Shown in pieces: positions 19,533 to 28,629 of a DNA stretch of 64,000 nucleotides (position 1 is its first letter; every line of letters starts with the position of its first letter). A program made the translations under genes and the position numbers. A model generated the notes under the pieces. That model was not told the DNA's origin and searched no databases. It saw only the letters and a program-made list of their open reading frames with translations. This DNA is from Myxococcota bacterium (GTDB lineage: Bacteria; Myxococcota_A; UBA9160; UBA4427). The DNA is taken from assembly GCA_036336835.1 (NCBI GenBank), contig JAYZFK010000005.1:53251-117250 (forward strand), in the 5' to 3' direction.

Positions 19533-20581
19533 CCTTCCTCCTCCTCCGGCGAGTCGGTCGACCGCAGCGAGAGCCACAGACGCAGCAGGTGGCGCCGTAG
19601 CCCGGGGCCCGTGTGATCCTCGTAGGCTGCCCGCGCGTGGATCACCACGTGATTCGACAGCAGCTGCACGTCGCCACGCTCTAGCTGCATGTCGAGCCGC
19701 AGCGCCTGCGAGTTCGCAATCTCTTCGTAGAGGTCGAGCAGCTCGAGCTCCTGCTCGGTAGGCCGGTTCACGCCTGTGTGACGAGCGACCGAACGGAAGT
19801 AGTCGGAGTGGAAGAACGTGCGCAGCCTGCCGTTTGCATGGCGACACGGAGGCACTGGGATCCAGGCCGGGCCGCCCTCGGTCTCTTCGTTACGCGTGTC
19901 GAGCAGGAAGGGCTGGTACAGCCGGTCGACCCACTCCGGACGCCGCTCGAGCAAGACGTTATAGACGGCCACAGAGCTCGCGATCCGGCTGGTACCGCCG
20001 TGTCGAGCCGTGTTCAGACAGAGCAGCGCAACCACATCGGCCAGATCGCAGTGGTAGGCGATCGCGCCGGCCGTGCGATAGCGGCGCACGTAGGGATCGG
20101 CCGCATCCTCGCCGGTATCGAACACGTGGCCGAGCAGATCCACGGCCATGTTCTGGGCGCCGGGCTCGCCGAGGTGCTGGCCGAGCCCCCAGTAGACCCA
20201 CGACGTCAGCTCCTCGCCCCAGCGCTCGACCGGCAGGCCGCGCAGCAGCAGGAAGCCGCGGCCGCGGTCGAGCTCCGCGACCCAGTCCGCGACCGCGGGA
20301 CCGAGCCCGGGTAGTGGGAAGCTCTTGCGGCTGAGCTCGGCGAGCGGCCCGCCGCGGTCGCGCGCCGAGCGCGCCGCCGCCTCGAGCTCGGCCACCTGTG
20401 AGGCAGTGAGACGGACGACCCACTCTTCGCTGCTGGCGAGGTCGCAGCCCCGCCATGCGGCGCGGGTGCGCAGCGGCTCGCGCGCGGCCGTCGTGTGCTC
20501 GCGCCGGTAGTAGCGAAGCGCCTGGGCGCCGAAGCTGATCACCGAGCCCGAATCCGTCGCGTGCAAGGCAGACGGCGTCAT
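19529..20581 (-). CDS. TauD/TfdA family Fe(II)/2-oxoglutarate dioxygenase
   Basis: GRGFLLLRG, HCD (HxD), GDVQLLSNH..IHAR and RHLLRLW motifs. Confidence 0.9.
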   Translation of the reverse strand: MTPSALHATDSGSVISFGAQALRYYRREHTTAAREPLRTRAAWRGCDLASSEEWVVRLTASQVAELEAAARSARDRGGPLAELSRKSFPLPGLGPAVADWVAELDRGRGFLLLRGLPVERWGEELTSWVYWGLGQHLGEPGAQNMAVDLLGHVFDTGEDAADPYVRRYRTAGAIAYHCDLADVVALLCLNTARHGGTSRIASSVAVYNVLLERRPEWVDRLYQPFLLDTRNEETEGGPAWIPVPPCRHANGRLRTFFHSDYFRSVARHTGVNRPTEQELELLDLYEEIANSQALRLDMQLERGDVQLLSNHVVIHARAAYEDHTGPGLRRHLLRLWLSLRSTDSPEEEEG

Positions 20582-20610
20582 CCCGACAGGGTAGCGAGAC
20601 CGCACACCGC

Positions 20611-21078
20611 TCAGGGCGCGGCGAACAGGACGCTCAAGTCCTCGGTCTCCTGCAGGCCGACCAGCTGCCAGGAGGTGTCGGCGCGGTAGAAGAGGAAGCG
20701 CCATACGACCGCCCCGTTGTCGAAGCGTTCGATGTGGCTGATGCGCACGACGCGCTCACCGGCCTCCTCGCTGGCCACCAGCTCGTAGCCGAGAGAGAGA
20801 CCGAGCGTCTTGCGGAGGTCCCTGCGCCGCGCCACGCCGTCCTCGATCAAGCTGGCCAGCTTCGATGGCGCCAGGGGCCAGAACCGTGCCGCCAGGCGAT
20901 AGGCGGCCCTTACGTCGTTTGCCACGAGGTTGCGCATGAACGCATCCGTGAGATCGCTGAGGTCGCTCTGGCTGCGCAGGCTCGACGGCACCGGAGACGC
21001 CGGCGTCGCAATCAACAGCGCCAGCCCGACCGCCGCGCACGCATGGATCGCTCGGTGCACGCCTGCTGCGGAATCCAT
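20611..21078 (-). CDS. Hypothetical exported protein
   Basis: Signal-like N-terminus, globular alpha/beta body ending WRFLFYR...W. GC3-biased codons. Confidence 0.65.
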   Translation of the reverse strand: MDSAAGVHRAIHACAAVGLALLIATPASPVPSSLRSQSDLSDLTDAFMRNLVANDVRAAYRLAARFWPLAPSKLASLIEDGVARRRDLRKTLGLSLGYELVASEEAGERVVRISHIERFDNGAVVWRFLFYRADTSWQLVGLQETEDLSVLFAAP

Positions 21079-21159
21079 CGCTCGATCCCCCCGGACTGCG
21101 CAAGGGCGGGAAGGTATCACTCCGCCGCGAGCCGACGGTGGTGCACGCCGTTGGAGCGT

Positions 21160-21645
21160 CTAGCCAAGCTCGACGACACCGGTGAGGCGACCGGCAGCCC
21201 CGAGCTCCGCGACGGATTCATAGTGGAGCCGAGCGAGCGCGCCAGGCTCGCGGCCGAGCGCGGCAGCGAGCCGCTCGAGCTCTACGTGCGCCCGCGCCGG
21301 CAGGCTCGGGTTGAGGCAGTACTCGTCGTCCCCCAGGTAGACGCAGAGGACCGCGTCCCCGACGCGGTATCCGAGCAGCGACTCTCCGCCCGGAAACGTG
21401 ATGCGCAGGCCGACACTGGGACTCGCAACCTCGAGCGCTGCCGCGAGATCCAGCACCGGATAGAGCGGCGCGCGGCCGCAGTAGTGGTAGCGCTCGATCT
21501 CGGCATCGAGTCGCGGGGGCGCCACGCCCCACGACAGGATGCGCGTCCGATCGGCGCCCTCGTGGAAGTCGGCCCACACGGGGTGGGCCTCCAGATCCTC
21601 GCGCGTCAACAGCTCGATCATCCGGAACTCCGCGGGTCGGATCAC
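21160..21645 (-). CDS. Hypothetical protein
   Basis: GTGA-coupled to the upstream GNAT. Protein-like composition (LTREDLEAHPVW). Confidence 0.6.
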   Translation of the reverse strand: MIRPAEFRMIELLTREDLEAHPVWADFHEGADRTRILSWGVAPPRLDAEIERYHYCGRAPLYPVLDLAAALEVASPSVGLRITFPGGESLLGYRVGDAVLCVYLGDDEYCLNPSLPARAHVELERLAAALGREPGALARLHYESVAELGAAGRLTGVVELG

Positions 21646-22274
21646 GCGTCTCTCCCCTCTACGGCCCGGGGGCGGCGCAACATCGGCCACACCACCGGCC
21701 CATCTGGAACGCGCACTTCCTGCCTCACCTCGAAGCCGTGACGCTCGTAGAACGGGATGTTCACCTCCTTCGAGGACTCGAGATAGGCGAGCACCCCCTC
21801 GCGATCGCAACGCTCGAGCACGGGCGCGATCAGCGCCGACCCGACCCCCCTGGCCTGATACTCGGGGGCGGTTCCCAGGACGGCCAGATACCAGTGCGGC
21901 CGCTGTTCGTGCACCGCCTCGAGCGTACGCCCGAGTGCCATCCCCGCTCGGGCCCGACCGCGCAGTGCCAGCGCAGCGCGCAGCATCGTCGACAGTAGCT
22001 GGAGGCTACCCGGGCTCGGTGGATTCGGTGCCTGCCAGACCGCGCCGCCCCGAATCTCCTCGTCCGTCTCCATGCGACCGTGGGCGACTAGCGTGGGTAT
22101 CATCCAGCGGTAGAACGCCGTCAGCCGACGGAACCGCGAGCCGGAATCCGGGAACAAGAACCCGGTCAGCGGGTCGTCCTCGAAGGCGCGCGCGAGCACG
22201 GCGTAGAACTCACGCAGCTCGTGAGCGCGCACCGGTCGAACGCTGCCGCCGTCGATCCGTCGCCGCTCCGTCAT
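21642..22274 (-). CDS. GNAT N-acetyltransferase
   Basis: LARAFEDDP, PHWYLAVLGT.P..Q.RGVGS, AYLES and FYERHGF motifs. Confidence 0.92.
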   Translation of the reverse strand: MTERRRIDGGSVRPVRAHELREFYAVLARAFEDDPLTGFLFPDSGSRFRRLTAFYRWMIPTLVAHGRMETDEEIRGGAVWQAPNPPSPGSLQLLSTMLRAALALRGRARAGMALGRTLEAVHEQRPHWYLAVLGTAPEYQARGVGSALIAPVLERCDREGVLAYLESSKEVNIPFYERHGFEVRQEVRVPDGPVVWPMLRRPRAVEGRDA

Positions 22275-23293
22275 GCCGCATAGAGCCGCGTGAAGTCCGC
22301 AACCTCGGCTTTCCAGTGCCCCGCGTCGGGCGATCGGGTGTTGGTCAGGCTCACGCCGTCGGCGATGCCCACCATGCGCGCGTGCAGCCGCTTGGCAATC
22401 TCGTGACGCTCTCCGACGACGCAAATCGTCTCGAGCATCTCGTCGTCGATCAGGCGCGCCATCTCCTGCCAGCGACCCTCCTTCGACAGCGCGTTCAGTC
22501 GCGGATGCAGGTCGCCCCAGCCATGGCAGTCGAGCACCGGACGATAGGCGGGCGTCGACCCGTAGAACGCGAGCTGATTGCGCGCGGATTCCTTGACCGC
22601 GTGGAACTCGGCCTCGGTGCTAGCCGTCACGACCATCGCAACCGCGATCACGTCGAGCTGATCGCGGGACCGTCCGGAACGCGCAAGGCCCCGCTCGAGC
22701 GCGGGGAGCGTGCGCTGCAGATGGGACTCGCGCGAGTTGAAGGGATGGGCGATGAAGCCGTCGGCGACCTCGCCCGCGACCTGCACCATCTTCGGGCCGT
22801 AGCCGGCTGTGTAGATCGGCGGCGGCCCGAATGGATTGGGCCCGGGATCGAAGGCCGGGATCATGATCGTGTGCGTGTAGTAGTCGCCGCGATGTTCGAG
22901 CTTCGCCTTGCCCTCCCAGGCGTCGAAGATCGCGCGGATCGCGACCACGATCTCTCGCATGCGAGCCGCCGGCCGGCCCCACTCGGAGCTGAACCGCTTC
23001 TCGATGTGCGGGCGGACCTGCGAGCCGAGACCGAGCAGGAAGCGTCCGCTGCTCAACACCTGCAGGCCGTAGGCCAGGTTCGCCAGGTTCATCGGATTGC
23101 GCGCGAAGGCGATTGCGATCGCCGTTCCGAGCCGCAGCTGACTGGTGTGCTCCGCGGCCACCGCGAGCGGCAGGAAGGGATCGTGCTTCGCCTCGAACGA
23201 GAAGGCGCCGTCGTAGCCGACCGCCTCGAGCTCCGGGTACAGCACGCGGGCATCGCGCGGATCTTCGAGCGGCGCGGTGGTGTAGATCTTCAT
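22271..23293 (-). CDS. LLM class (probably F420-dependent) oxidoreductase
   Basis: EAKHDPFL, AIAFARNP, GLGSQVRPHIEKRF and QLAFYGSTPAY, characteristic of the TIGR03617-like LLM subfamily. Confidence 0.9.
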   Translation of the reverse strand: MKIYTTAPLEDPRDARVLYPELEAVGYDGAFSFEAKHDPFLPLAVAAEHTSQLRLGTAIAIAFARNPMNLANLAYGLQVLSSGRFLLGLGSQVRPHIEKRFSSEWGRPAARMREIVVAIRAIFDAWEGKAKLEHRGDYYTHTIMIPAFDPGPNPFGPPPIYTAGYGPKMVQVAGEVADGFIAHPFNSRESHLQRTLPALERGLARSGRSRDQLDVIAVAMVVTASTEAEFHAVKESARNQLAFYGSTPAYRPVLDCHGWGDLHPRLNALSKEGRWQEMARLIDDEMLETICVVGERHEIAKRLHARMVGIADGVSLTNTRSPDAGHWKAEVADFTRLYAA

Positions 23294-23506
23294 CGGCTTC
23301 GGAGCCTCGATCCTCCGCGAACGAGCGCCGCAGAGCTTACCACGCGCGGGTGAGCCACCTCACACTGTCGACGACCACTCGGACCGATGTACACGTCAAG
23401 GCCTGCCCGCAAGCGTGGGCCGCGCGAATCCACCGTCACCGCCCGTGCACGCCGCTTGCGGGCCGTAAGCGCCGTGTCATCATCAGGCGCCAAATAGGGG
23501 GGAACG

Positions 23507-24256
23507 ATGACCGAACGAACAGCGAACCGGCGTTTGCTTGGCCTCTGCAGTGTCCTCGCGCTACTGCTTGCCGCCGCACCCGTGTTCGCGCAGCAGGGCG
23601 ACAATCGCGAGCCCCCGGCGGTTTCGAAGGCGCACTTCACCGGCGACTTCGGCGCCAGCTTCGACAGCATCGACGACGTCGACCGCCAGAGCTTCACCGG
23701 TGGCTCAACCTTCTACGCTCCGGTCGCCGACGTGTTCGGGATCGCTGTCGGCGGCGATCTGGGCTTCGGCGCCGTCGAGGGCGACTTCGGCGAAGTAGTC
23801 GGTGTGCACGGCGCGGGCTTCTGGCGCGATCCGCGCAGCGGCTACATCGGTGCCGCCCTGACCTTCGACCACGTATCGGACTTCCAGCGCGTCAACGTCT
23901 CGGCCATCGGCGGCGCCTACCTCAACGACTGGGACCTGATGAGCGCAGCGGGCTACGACGGCGGCGACGGCCCCGGTGTCGGGCTGTTCTCGTTCGAGAC
24001 CGGCTACTACTTGACCAGCAATCTCCGGCTCGGCGGGGAGCTCGCATTCGGCACCGACGACACGATCTCGGGTGGAGGACTGATCCACTGGCAGCCGGCC
24101 CCGGATTCCCCCGTCACGCTGAGCGCGCATGTCGGCGGCGGCGAGCTCGACAATACCGGCTTCTACGCTGTCTCCCTCGGCCTGACGGTGACGTTCTCGG
24201 ATCGCAAATCGCTACGCGATCAGCTGCGCACCGATCGGCTGCTGATCTTCGACTGA
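23507..24256 (+). CDS. Putative outer-membrane beta-barrel protein
   Basis: Signal peptide ending APVFA. Alternating Gly/aromatic beta-strands (GFWRDP, ETGYY, LIHWQ). Confidence 0.7.
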   Translation: MTERTANRRLLGLCSVLALLLAAAPVFAQQGDNREPPAVSKAHFTGDFGASFDSIDDVDRQSFTGGSTFYAPVADVFGIAVGGDLGFGAVEGDFGEVVGVHGAGFWRDPRSGYIGAALTFDHVSDFQRVNVSAIGGAYLNDWDLMSAAGYDGGDGPGVGLFSFETGYYLTSNLRLGGELAFGTDDTISGGGLIHWQPAPDSPVTLSAHVGGGELDNTGFYAVSLGLTVTFSDRKSLRDQLRTDRLLIFD

Positions 24257-24355
24257 CGCGGTAGCCGGCAGCTCTGGACTGCCGACCAAGCGAAGTCCGA
24301 AACGGACCGAGATCGCAGGCGAGCACGCCCCTTGATCGGCCGCGGGCAGGTGGCG

Positions 24356-24574
24356 TCAGGAGCCGAGCGCGTCGATCACCTCCTGCTCCTCGGGGAAGCG
24401 CCCAGCCTCGTGCTTCGAGAAGACGAGCTTCCCGTCGCACTCGACGTCGTAGATGCCGTTGTCTCCCTTGATCAGCTCGGCATCGACTCCGAACTCATCC
24501 TTGATCCTGGCCGCCAGACCGGAGGCTCGGGGGAGATAGTTTCAACGGGTGCAATAGGTGATCGTGACCTTCAT
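24356..24574 (-). CDS. SelT/SelW/SelH (Rdx) family selenoprotein, CxxU, Sec at codon 11
   Basis: MKVTITYCTR-TGA-NYLPRASGLAARIKDEFGVDAELIKGDNGIYDVECDGKLVFSKHEAGRFPEEQEVIDALGS. AGGAG RBS. The Rdx motifs G.YDV, FSK and RFP continue in frame past the TGA at 24542-24544. Confidence 0.92.
24510..24526 (-). promoter_or_regulatory. Bacterial SECIS-like hairpin
   Basis: mRNA GCCUCC-GGUCU-GGCGGC begins 15 nt after the UGA. The GGUCU apical loop resembles the E. coli fdhF SECIS. Confidence 0.7.
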
Positions 24575-24736
24575 CGCAGGCTCCTGCTTCCAGTGGCTCT
24601 CCCAAGGATGCCGCAGCCGGGCAGCGATTCCACATCGCCGAGCCCGCTGCCCGACGCGCGAGCTCGTCGCTCGATTCCGTCGCCAACAGGGAAAGCCCGC
24701 GCAGGCCCGGGGCCAAGGCGGCCAGGACGTCGATCC

Positions 24737-25117
24737 CTAGGGTGATCTCCGCGACCACTCCACTCGATCGGCGTAGAAGGCCAGATGGTCCTTCAGTCCC
24801 GCAACCTGGTCGAACGGGTCCTCGTAGCTCCAGACGGCGTTCTCGCTCTCGACCTCGGCGACCCGCAGTGTCCAATAGGAGGCCTCCCCCTTGAACGGGC
24901 AGAAGCTCGCGTGCCCGGTTCGCTGCAGGTGCTCGAAGCGCACGTCCTCGCGCGGAAAGTAGACGACCTCGGCGTGGTTCGATTCGCGCACGTACAGCGG
25001 ACGTGCGCTGTCGGCGATCACCTGACCGTCGAACGAGACCCGCACAAGATCACTCCCTCGAACGAGCTCGACCTGGTAGTCCGGGTACTTCGAGTAGAGA
25101 GACTCACCCTTCGGCAT
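24737..25117 (-). CDS. DUF427 domain-containing protein
   Basis: VIADS, YFPREDV, CPFKGEASYW and AVWSYEDP motifs. Confidence 0.92.
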   Translation of the reverse strand: MPKGESLYSKYPDYQVELVRGSDLVRVSFDGQVIADSARPLYVRESNHAEVVYFPREDVRFEHLQRTGHASFCPFKGEASYWTLRVAEVESENAVWSYEDPFDQVAGLKDHLAFYADRVEWSRRSP

Positions 25118-25514
25118 CGATCCCTCCCAGCGTCGTCGAGGCCAGCAGCCACTGACCGGCCAAACCGCCCTCTCGGAAGCTGCCGATCTCGCGCACCGCG
25201 TCGCTGGTCGCGATCTCGACGAACTTCTTGCGCGACGGATACTCGACGAGCGCCACCATGTCGACACCATCGGCGCCGCTGCCGATGACCTGCGAATCGA
25301 CGCGTCCGAGCCACAGGAAGCGGCCTCCCTGCCCTTCGACGATCTCGCGCATCGGGGCTGCATAACGCGCATACGATTCGCTGCCCAAAAGATCGTCGTC
25401 GCCGTCGGACTGGCCCTTGAAGCACAACAGGTTGATCATGACGACGGGATCGTCCGAGGTGTCGGCGAGCAGAGTCTCGATCTGCTCGCGGCTGGGGTAG
25501 AGATCGATCTGCAT
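25104..25514 (-). CDS. DUF1330 domain-containing protein
   Basis: PVVMINLL.F, Y.RY, GGR, LVEYPSR..F and REGGL motifs. Confidence 0.88.
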   Translation of the reverse strand: MQIDLYPSREQIETLLADTSDDPVVMINLLCFKGQSDGDDDLLGSESYARYAAPMREIVEGQGGRFLWLGRVDSQVIGSGADGVDMVALVEYPSRKKFVEIATSDAVREIGSFREGGLAGQWLLASTTLGGIDAEG

Positions 25515-25524
25515 CGAGCCTCCT

Positions 25525-26181
25525 TCAGCGCGAGCAGCAACCCGGCTCGCGAATCGCGCAACAGCCGCCCACCGCGAGCGCGGCGCCCGCCACCGGCGCG
25601 GTCAGATAGATCCAGAGTCCCCCGAACTGTCCGGCAATCAGGGCGGGACCCAGGGAGCGCGCCGGGTTCATCGACGCGCCACTGATCGGTCCGGCGAACA
25701 GGGCGCACATGCTCACGGTCGCCCCGATCGCGAGGCCCGCGATGATCCCTTGCTCCTTGGAGCCGGTCGCAACGCCGAGGATCACGAACATCAGCAAGAA
25801 GCTCACGGCGACCTCGATGGCGAAGCTCTGGCCGAGCGAGCCAGACGGCGCCGTCGCACCGAGCGTGGCGTGATCGGCGAACATCAGCATCAGCACTCCA
25901 CTTGCCAGGACAGCGCCGACACACTGGCTGACGATGTAAGGCATCACCTGACCACCGTCGAAGCGGCGTGCGATCCAGAATCCAAGCGTCACTGCCGGGT
26001 TGAGGTGCGCACCGGAGATTTCTCCGACCGAGTAGATCATCGTCATGACGACGACGCCGAAGGCGAACGAGACACCGAAGTGCGACAGGGCGCCGCCAGT
26101 CAGGTCGTCGACACAGATGGCACCTGTACCGATGAAGACCAGAGCGAAGGTGCCGATCGCCTCGGCCGCATAGCGCTTCAC
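25525..26181 (-). CDS. Aquaporin (NIP-like/AqpN-type MIP channel)
   Basis: AEAIGTF, SGAHLNPAVT and SGASMNPARS. C-terminal GGCC...GCC. Confidence 0.95.
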   Translation of the reverse strand: MKRYAAEAIGTFALVFIGTGAICVDDLTGGALSHFGVSFAFGVVVMTMIYSVGEISGAHLNPAVTLGFWIARRFDGGQVMPYIVSQCVGAVLASGVLMLMFADHATLGATAPSGSLGQSFAIEVAVSFLLMFVILGVATGSKEQGIIAGLAIGATVSMCALFAGPISGASMNPARSLGPALIAGQFGGLWIYLTAPVAGAALAVGGCCAIREPGCCSR

Positions 26182-26792
26182 TCGGCGGCTTCCCGCCGCG
26201 CCAGGACGGTCTCGACCGGGAGCTGACTGAACTCGATCAGCGTGCTCATCGAGGCCCGATCCTCCGCGGATGCATCTTCGACCGAGATCCTCGCCTGTGA
26301 CGAGAAGATCTGCAGCTTGCTGGGCAACACGACGCGAATCCGCCCAATGTAGGTGATGCGGCTGGGATCGACCGAGAACGCGAGATCGATCGGAAACCGC
26401 TTGCCGTCCGTAATCGAGATCAACCCCAGCGGCCAGCTGCCGGGAGCACGGTAGACGACGAGCTCCAGATCTTGCAGCGAGGCCGGGCCAGGCATCATCG
26501 AGACCACGAACGGCACTGGCTCGGTCGTGCGCACACGCACGCGCTCGGTCGTTCCCGGCCAGCTGTCGCGCGAACTGGCAAAGTGGAACACGTAGTCCGG
26601 CTTTCGTGCGGCGAGATCGTCCTCGAAGAATCCGTCCCATGCCGAGCGTGGAGCGCGCTCGAGTTCGACGACGAGCGACCCGATCACGGAGCCGTACCCC
26701 GAGGGCGAGCGGTGCTGACGAGCCACGGACTGCGAGCACGCACTCGCCAGCATAGTGCCGAGACAAACGAGAACGAGGGAGACTCTGCGCAT
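26178..26792 (-). CDS. Hypothetical lipoprotein
   Basis: MRRVSLVLVCLGTMLASAC lipobox. F.VDP.RITYIG beta-rich motif. Confidence 0.7.
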   Translation of the reverse strand: MRRVSLVLVCLGTMLASACSQSVARQHRSPSGYGSVIGSLVVELERAPRSAWDGFFEDDLAARKPDYVFHFASSRDSWPGTTERVRVRTTEPVPFVVSMMPGPASLQDLELVVYRAPGSWPLGLISITDGKRFPIDLAFSVDPSRITYIGRIRVVLPSKLQIFSSQARISVEDASAEDRASMSTLIEFSQLPVETVLARREAAE

Positions 26793-27027
26793 CGGGTTCC
26801 TCGACAGGGATTCTACAGGGTAGCGTTTCGCTCGCCCGCCCGGCGCTCCGTGCGAGCTGACACGCTCCAGTGCACGATCCGCCGCGCTCGTGGGAAGGCC
26901 CGAAGAAAAATCGCTTACCGAAACACCTGGGCGTGCCCCGAAGCAGAGTTCGATCGAGAGTCGCTCGACTCGCGCGCGACGCGACCGATGGCGCTGCCGC
27001 CCTTCCCGCTCGAAGCGGCCGGGGCAA

Positions 27028-27654
27028 TCAGCCGCAGAGCTCGCCCACCCCTCGTACGCGCCATCGCGGAGCTCCCGGCGGTGCCGCCGGTAAGGACTCG
27101 ATCCGGGTCAGCGACAAGTTGCGGACCGAGAACACGACTGCCTGCGAAACATCGATGCCTAACGCGATGGCCAGCGCACAACGGATCGGTCCGCCGTGCG
27201 CAACACATACGAGATCGCGCCCAGAATGCTCGTCCGCCAGGCGATCGATCGCTCGCTCCACCCGCTCGCGCACATCGCACAGGCTCTCTCCGCCCGGGGC
27301 ACGCTCATGCGGGGGGAGATCCCAGAACCCGACGAACGGATCCGTGCGACGCGCGGTATTGTCGCTGTGGAGCAGCCCGTGGAGCTCACCGAAGTCCTGC
27401 TCGCCGAGATCTCTGTCGACGACCAACTCCGGCAGCGGATAGCCGGCTCTTCCGAGCGCAGCCGCCGTCTGGCTGGTACGCCGCAAGTGACTCACCACCC
27501 AGATCGCGTCGCGCGGCAGCCGCGCCGCCAGCGCCTCGAAGGACGCGCGATCCCCGGTGTCACAGTCCAGGTCGGTATTGCCGTAGATCCGATCGGAGTG
27601 ATCGGGCACCGGCGCGTGCCGGATCCACCAGAACCGCGTCACCTCCTCGTTCAT
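27028..27654 (-). CDS. Histidine phosphatase family protein (CobC/PGM-like)
   Basis: WIRHAP, SHLRRT.QT, EQDFG, PGGES and VAHGGPIR motifs. Confidence 0.9.
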   Translation of the reverse strand: MNEEVTRFWWIRHAPVPDHSDRIYGNTDLDCDTGDRASFEALAARLPRDAIWVVSHLRRTSQTAAALGRAGYPLPELVVDRDLGEQDFGELHGLLHSDNTARRTDPFVGFWDLPPHERAPGGESLCDVRERVERAIDRLADEHSGRDLVCVAHGGPIRCALAIALGIDVSQAVVFSVRNLSLTRIESLPAAPPGAPRWRVRGVGELCG

Positions 27655-27874
27655 CGCCGAATCGAGCGGGGCACCGCTGCGCAACCGACGCCGATCTGCT
27701 CGCGGTCGTGATCGAGCGTCTCGATCGCTGCGAGCTCACACCAGGACGCCCCCACACCCGACGGGCGTCGCGTCACGTACAGTGCTGATACGGTGGAACG
27801 AGGCAGGTTGGTATGGAGGGACGCGCAACCGGCGCACCGTCTCGAGCCGCTCCTGGTCTCGGGAAGACCGCGCT

Positions 27875-28063
27875 TCAGCGCTGGACCAGCTCCAGGTGCA
27901 ATATTGCGCCCGCGGTGCGGACTTCGATGCCCTTCCACTGCTCCAGGAGCCGGCAGCGAGTCACTTGAGCGCTCCCGGGTGATCCCATCCGAATCCATAT
28001 CGCGCCCTTGGGGCTGCGATTGAGGCGATCGACGATCGCGGGCCAGTCTCTGCGAGTTGCCAT
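27875..28063 (-). CDS. Small hypothetical protein (62 aa)
   Basis: AGGAGAG RBS upstream. MATRRDWPAIVDRLNRSPKGAIWIRMGSPGSAQVTRCRLL... has globular composition. Confidence 0.6.
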   Translation of the reverse strand: MATRRDWPAIVDRLNRSPKGAIWIRMGSPGSAQVTRCRLLEQWKGIEVRTAGAILHLELVQR

Positions 28064-28281
28064 TCCGTTCTCTCCTGCGGCTTGGAAGCAGCGGGATAAT
28101 CGCATGTCGCCGGACATCCGCCATAGGTCGAGGCCGAATTCCTGCTCCGAGCACGCGAAATTTCTTGGAAGAGCGAAAATGACTCCCGGCCTTGTTAGTG
28201 TCGGGATCATGGGTTCCCTAGCACACCCTAATATGGGTCAGCGCGGCTGATCTGAGTCAGTGGCCGAGCACGAAACGGCGC

Positions 28282-28629
28282 TCACGGCTCCGAGAGCGTT
28301 CCTGAGCCGGCCTCGACTGCGCCGCCGACCCGGGGTACGCCGAAATCGATCTCCAATTCCGGGGCGGAGAACTCAACCGGGGTCCGCGGCCGCTCGGTGA
28401 TCCGCGGCGGTACGTACTCGGGGATCTCGAGTACGGGCTCCTCTACCTCCGCGCCCGACTCCGACCCGGCCTCAACCGCCGGAGCCAACTCGAGCAGTCG
28501 ATCCACCGAGTGCGTTTCCTGTGACTCGGTCGCGTCCCGAAGACGCCACTGGACGATCGCGAGGGCGACCAGCAGAACCGCCAGCCCAAGTGCGAGTCGT
28601 GTCGGCAAGCCAGCTTTCCTCGTGATCAC
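28282..28629 (-). CDS. Hypothetical single-pass membrane protein
   Basis: Basic N-terminus, one TM helix, Glu/Pro-rich tail. GTGA-coupled to the GFA gene. Confidence 0.55.
   Translation of the reverse strand: MITRKAGLPTRLALGLAVLLVALAIVQWRLRDATESQETHSVDRLLELAPAVEAGSESGAEVEEPVLEIPEYVPPRITERPRTPVEFSAPELEIDFGVPRVGGAVEAGSGTLSEP

Noticed and set aside
24332..24745. 137-aa plus-strand ORF
   Set aside because: Antisense to the selenoprotein gene, which has the RBS, family motifs and SECIS-like hairpin.
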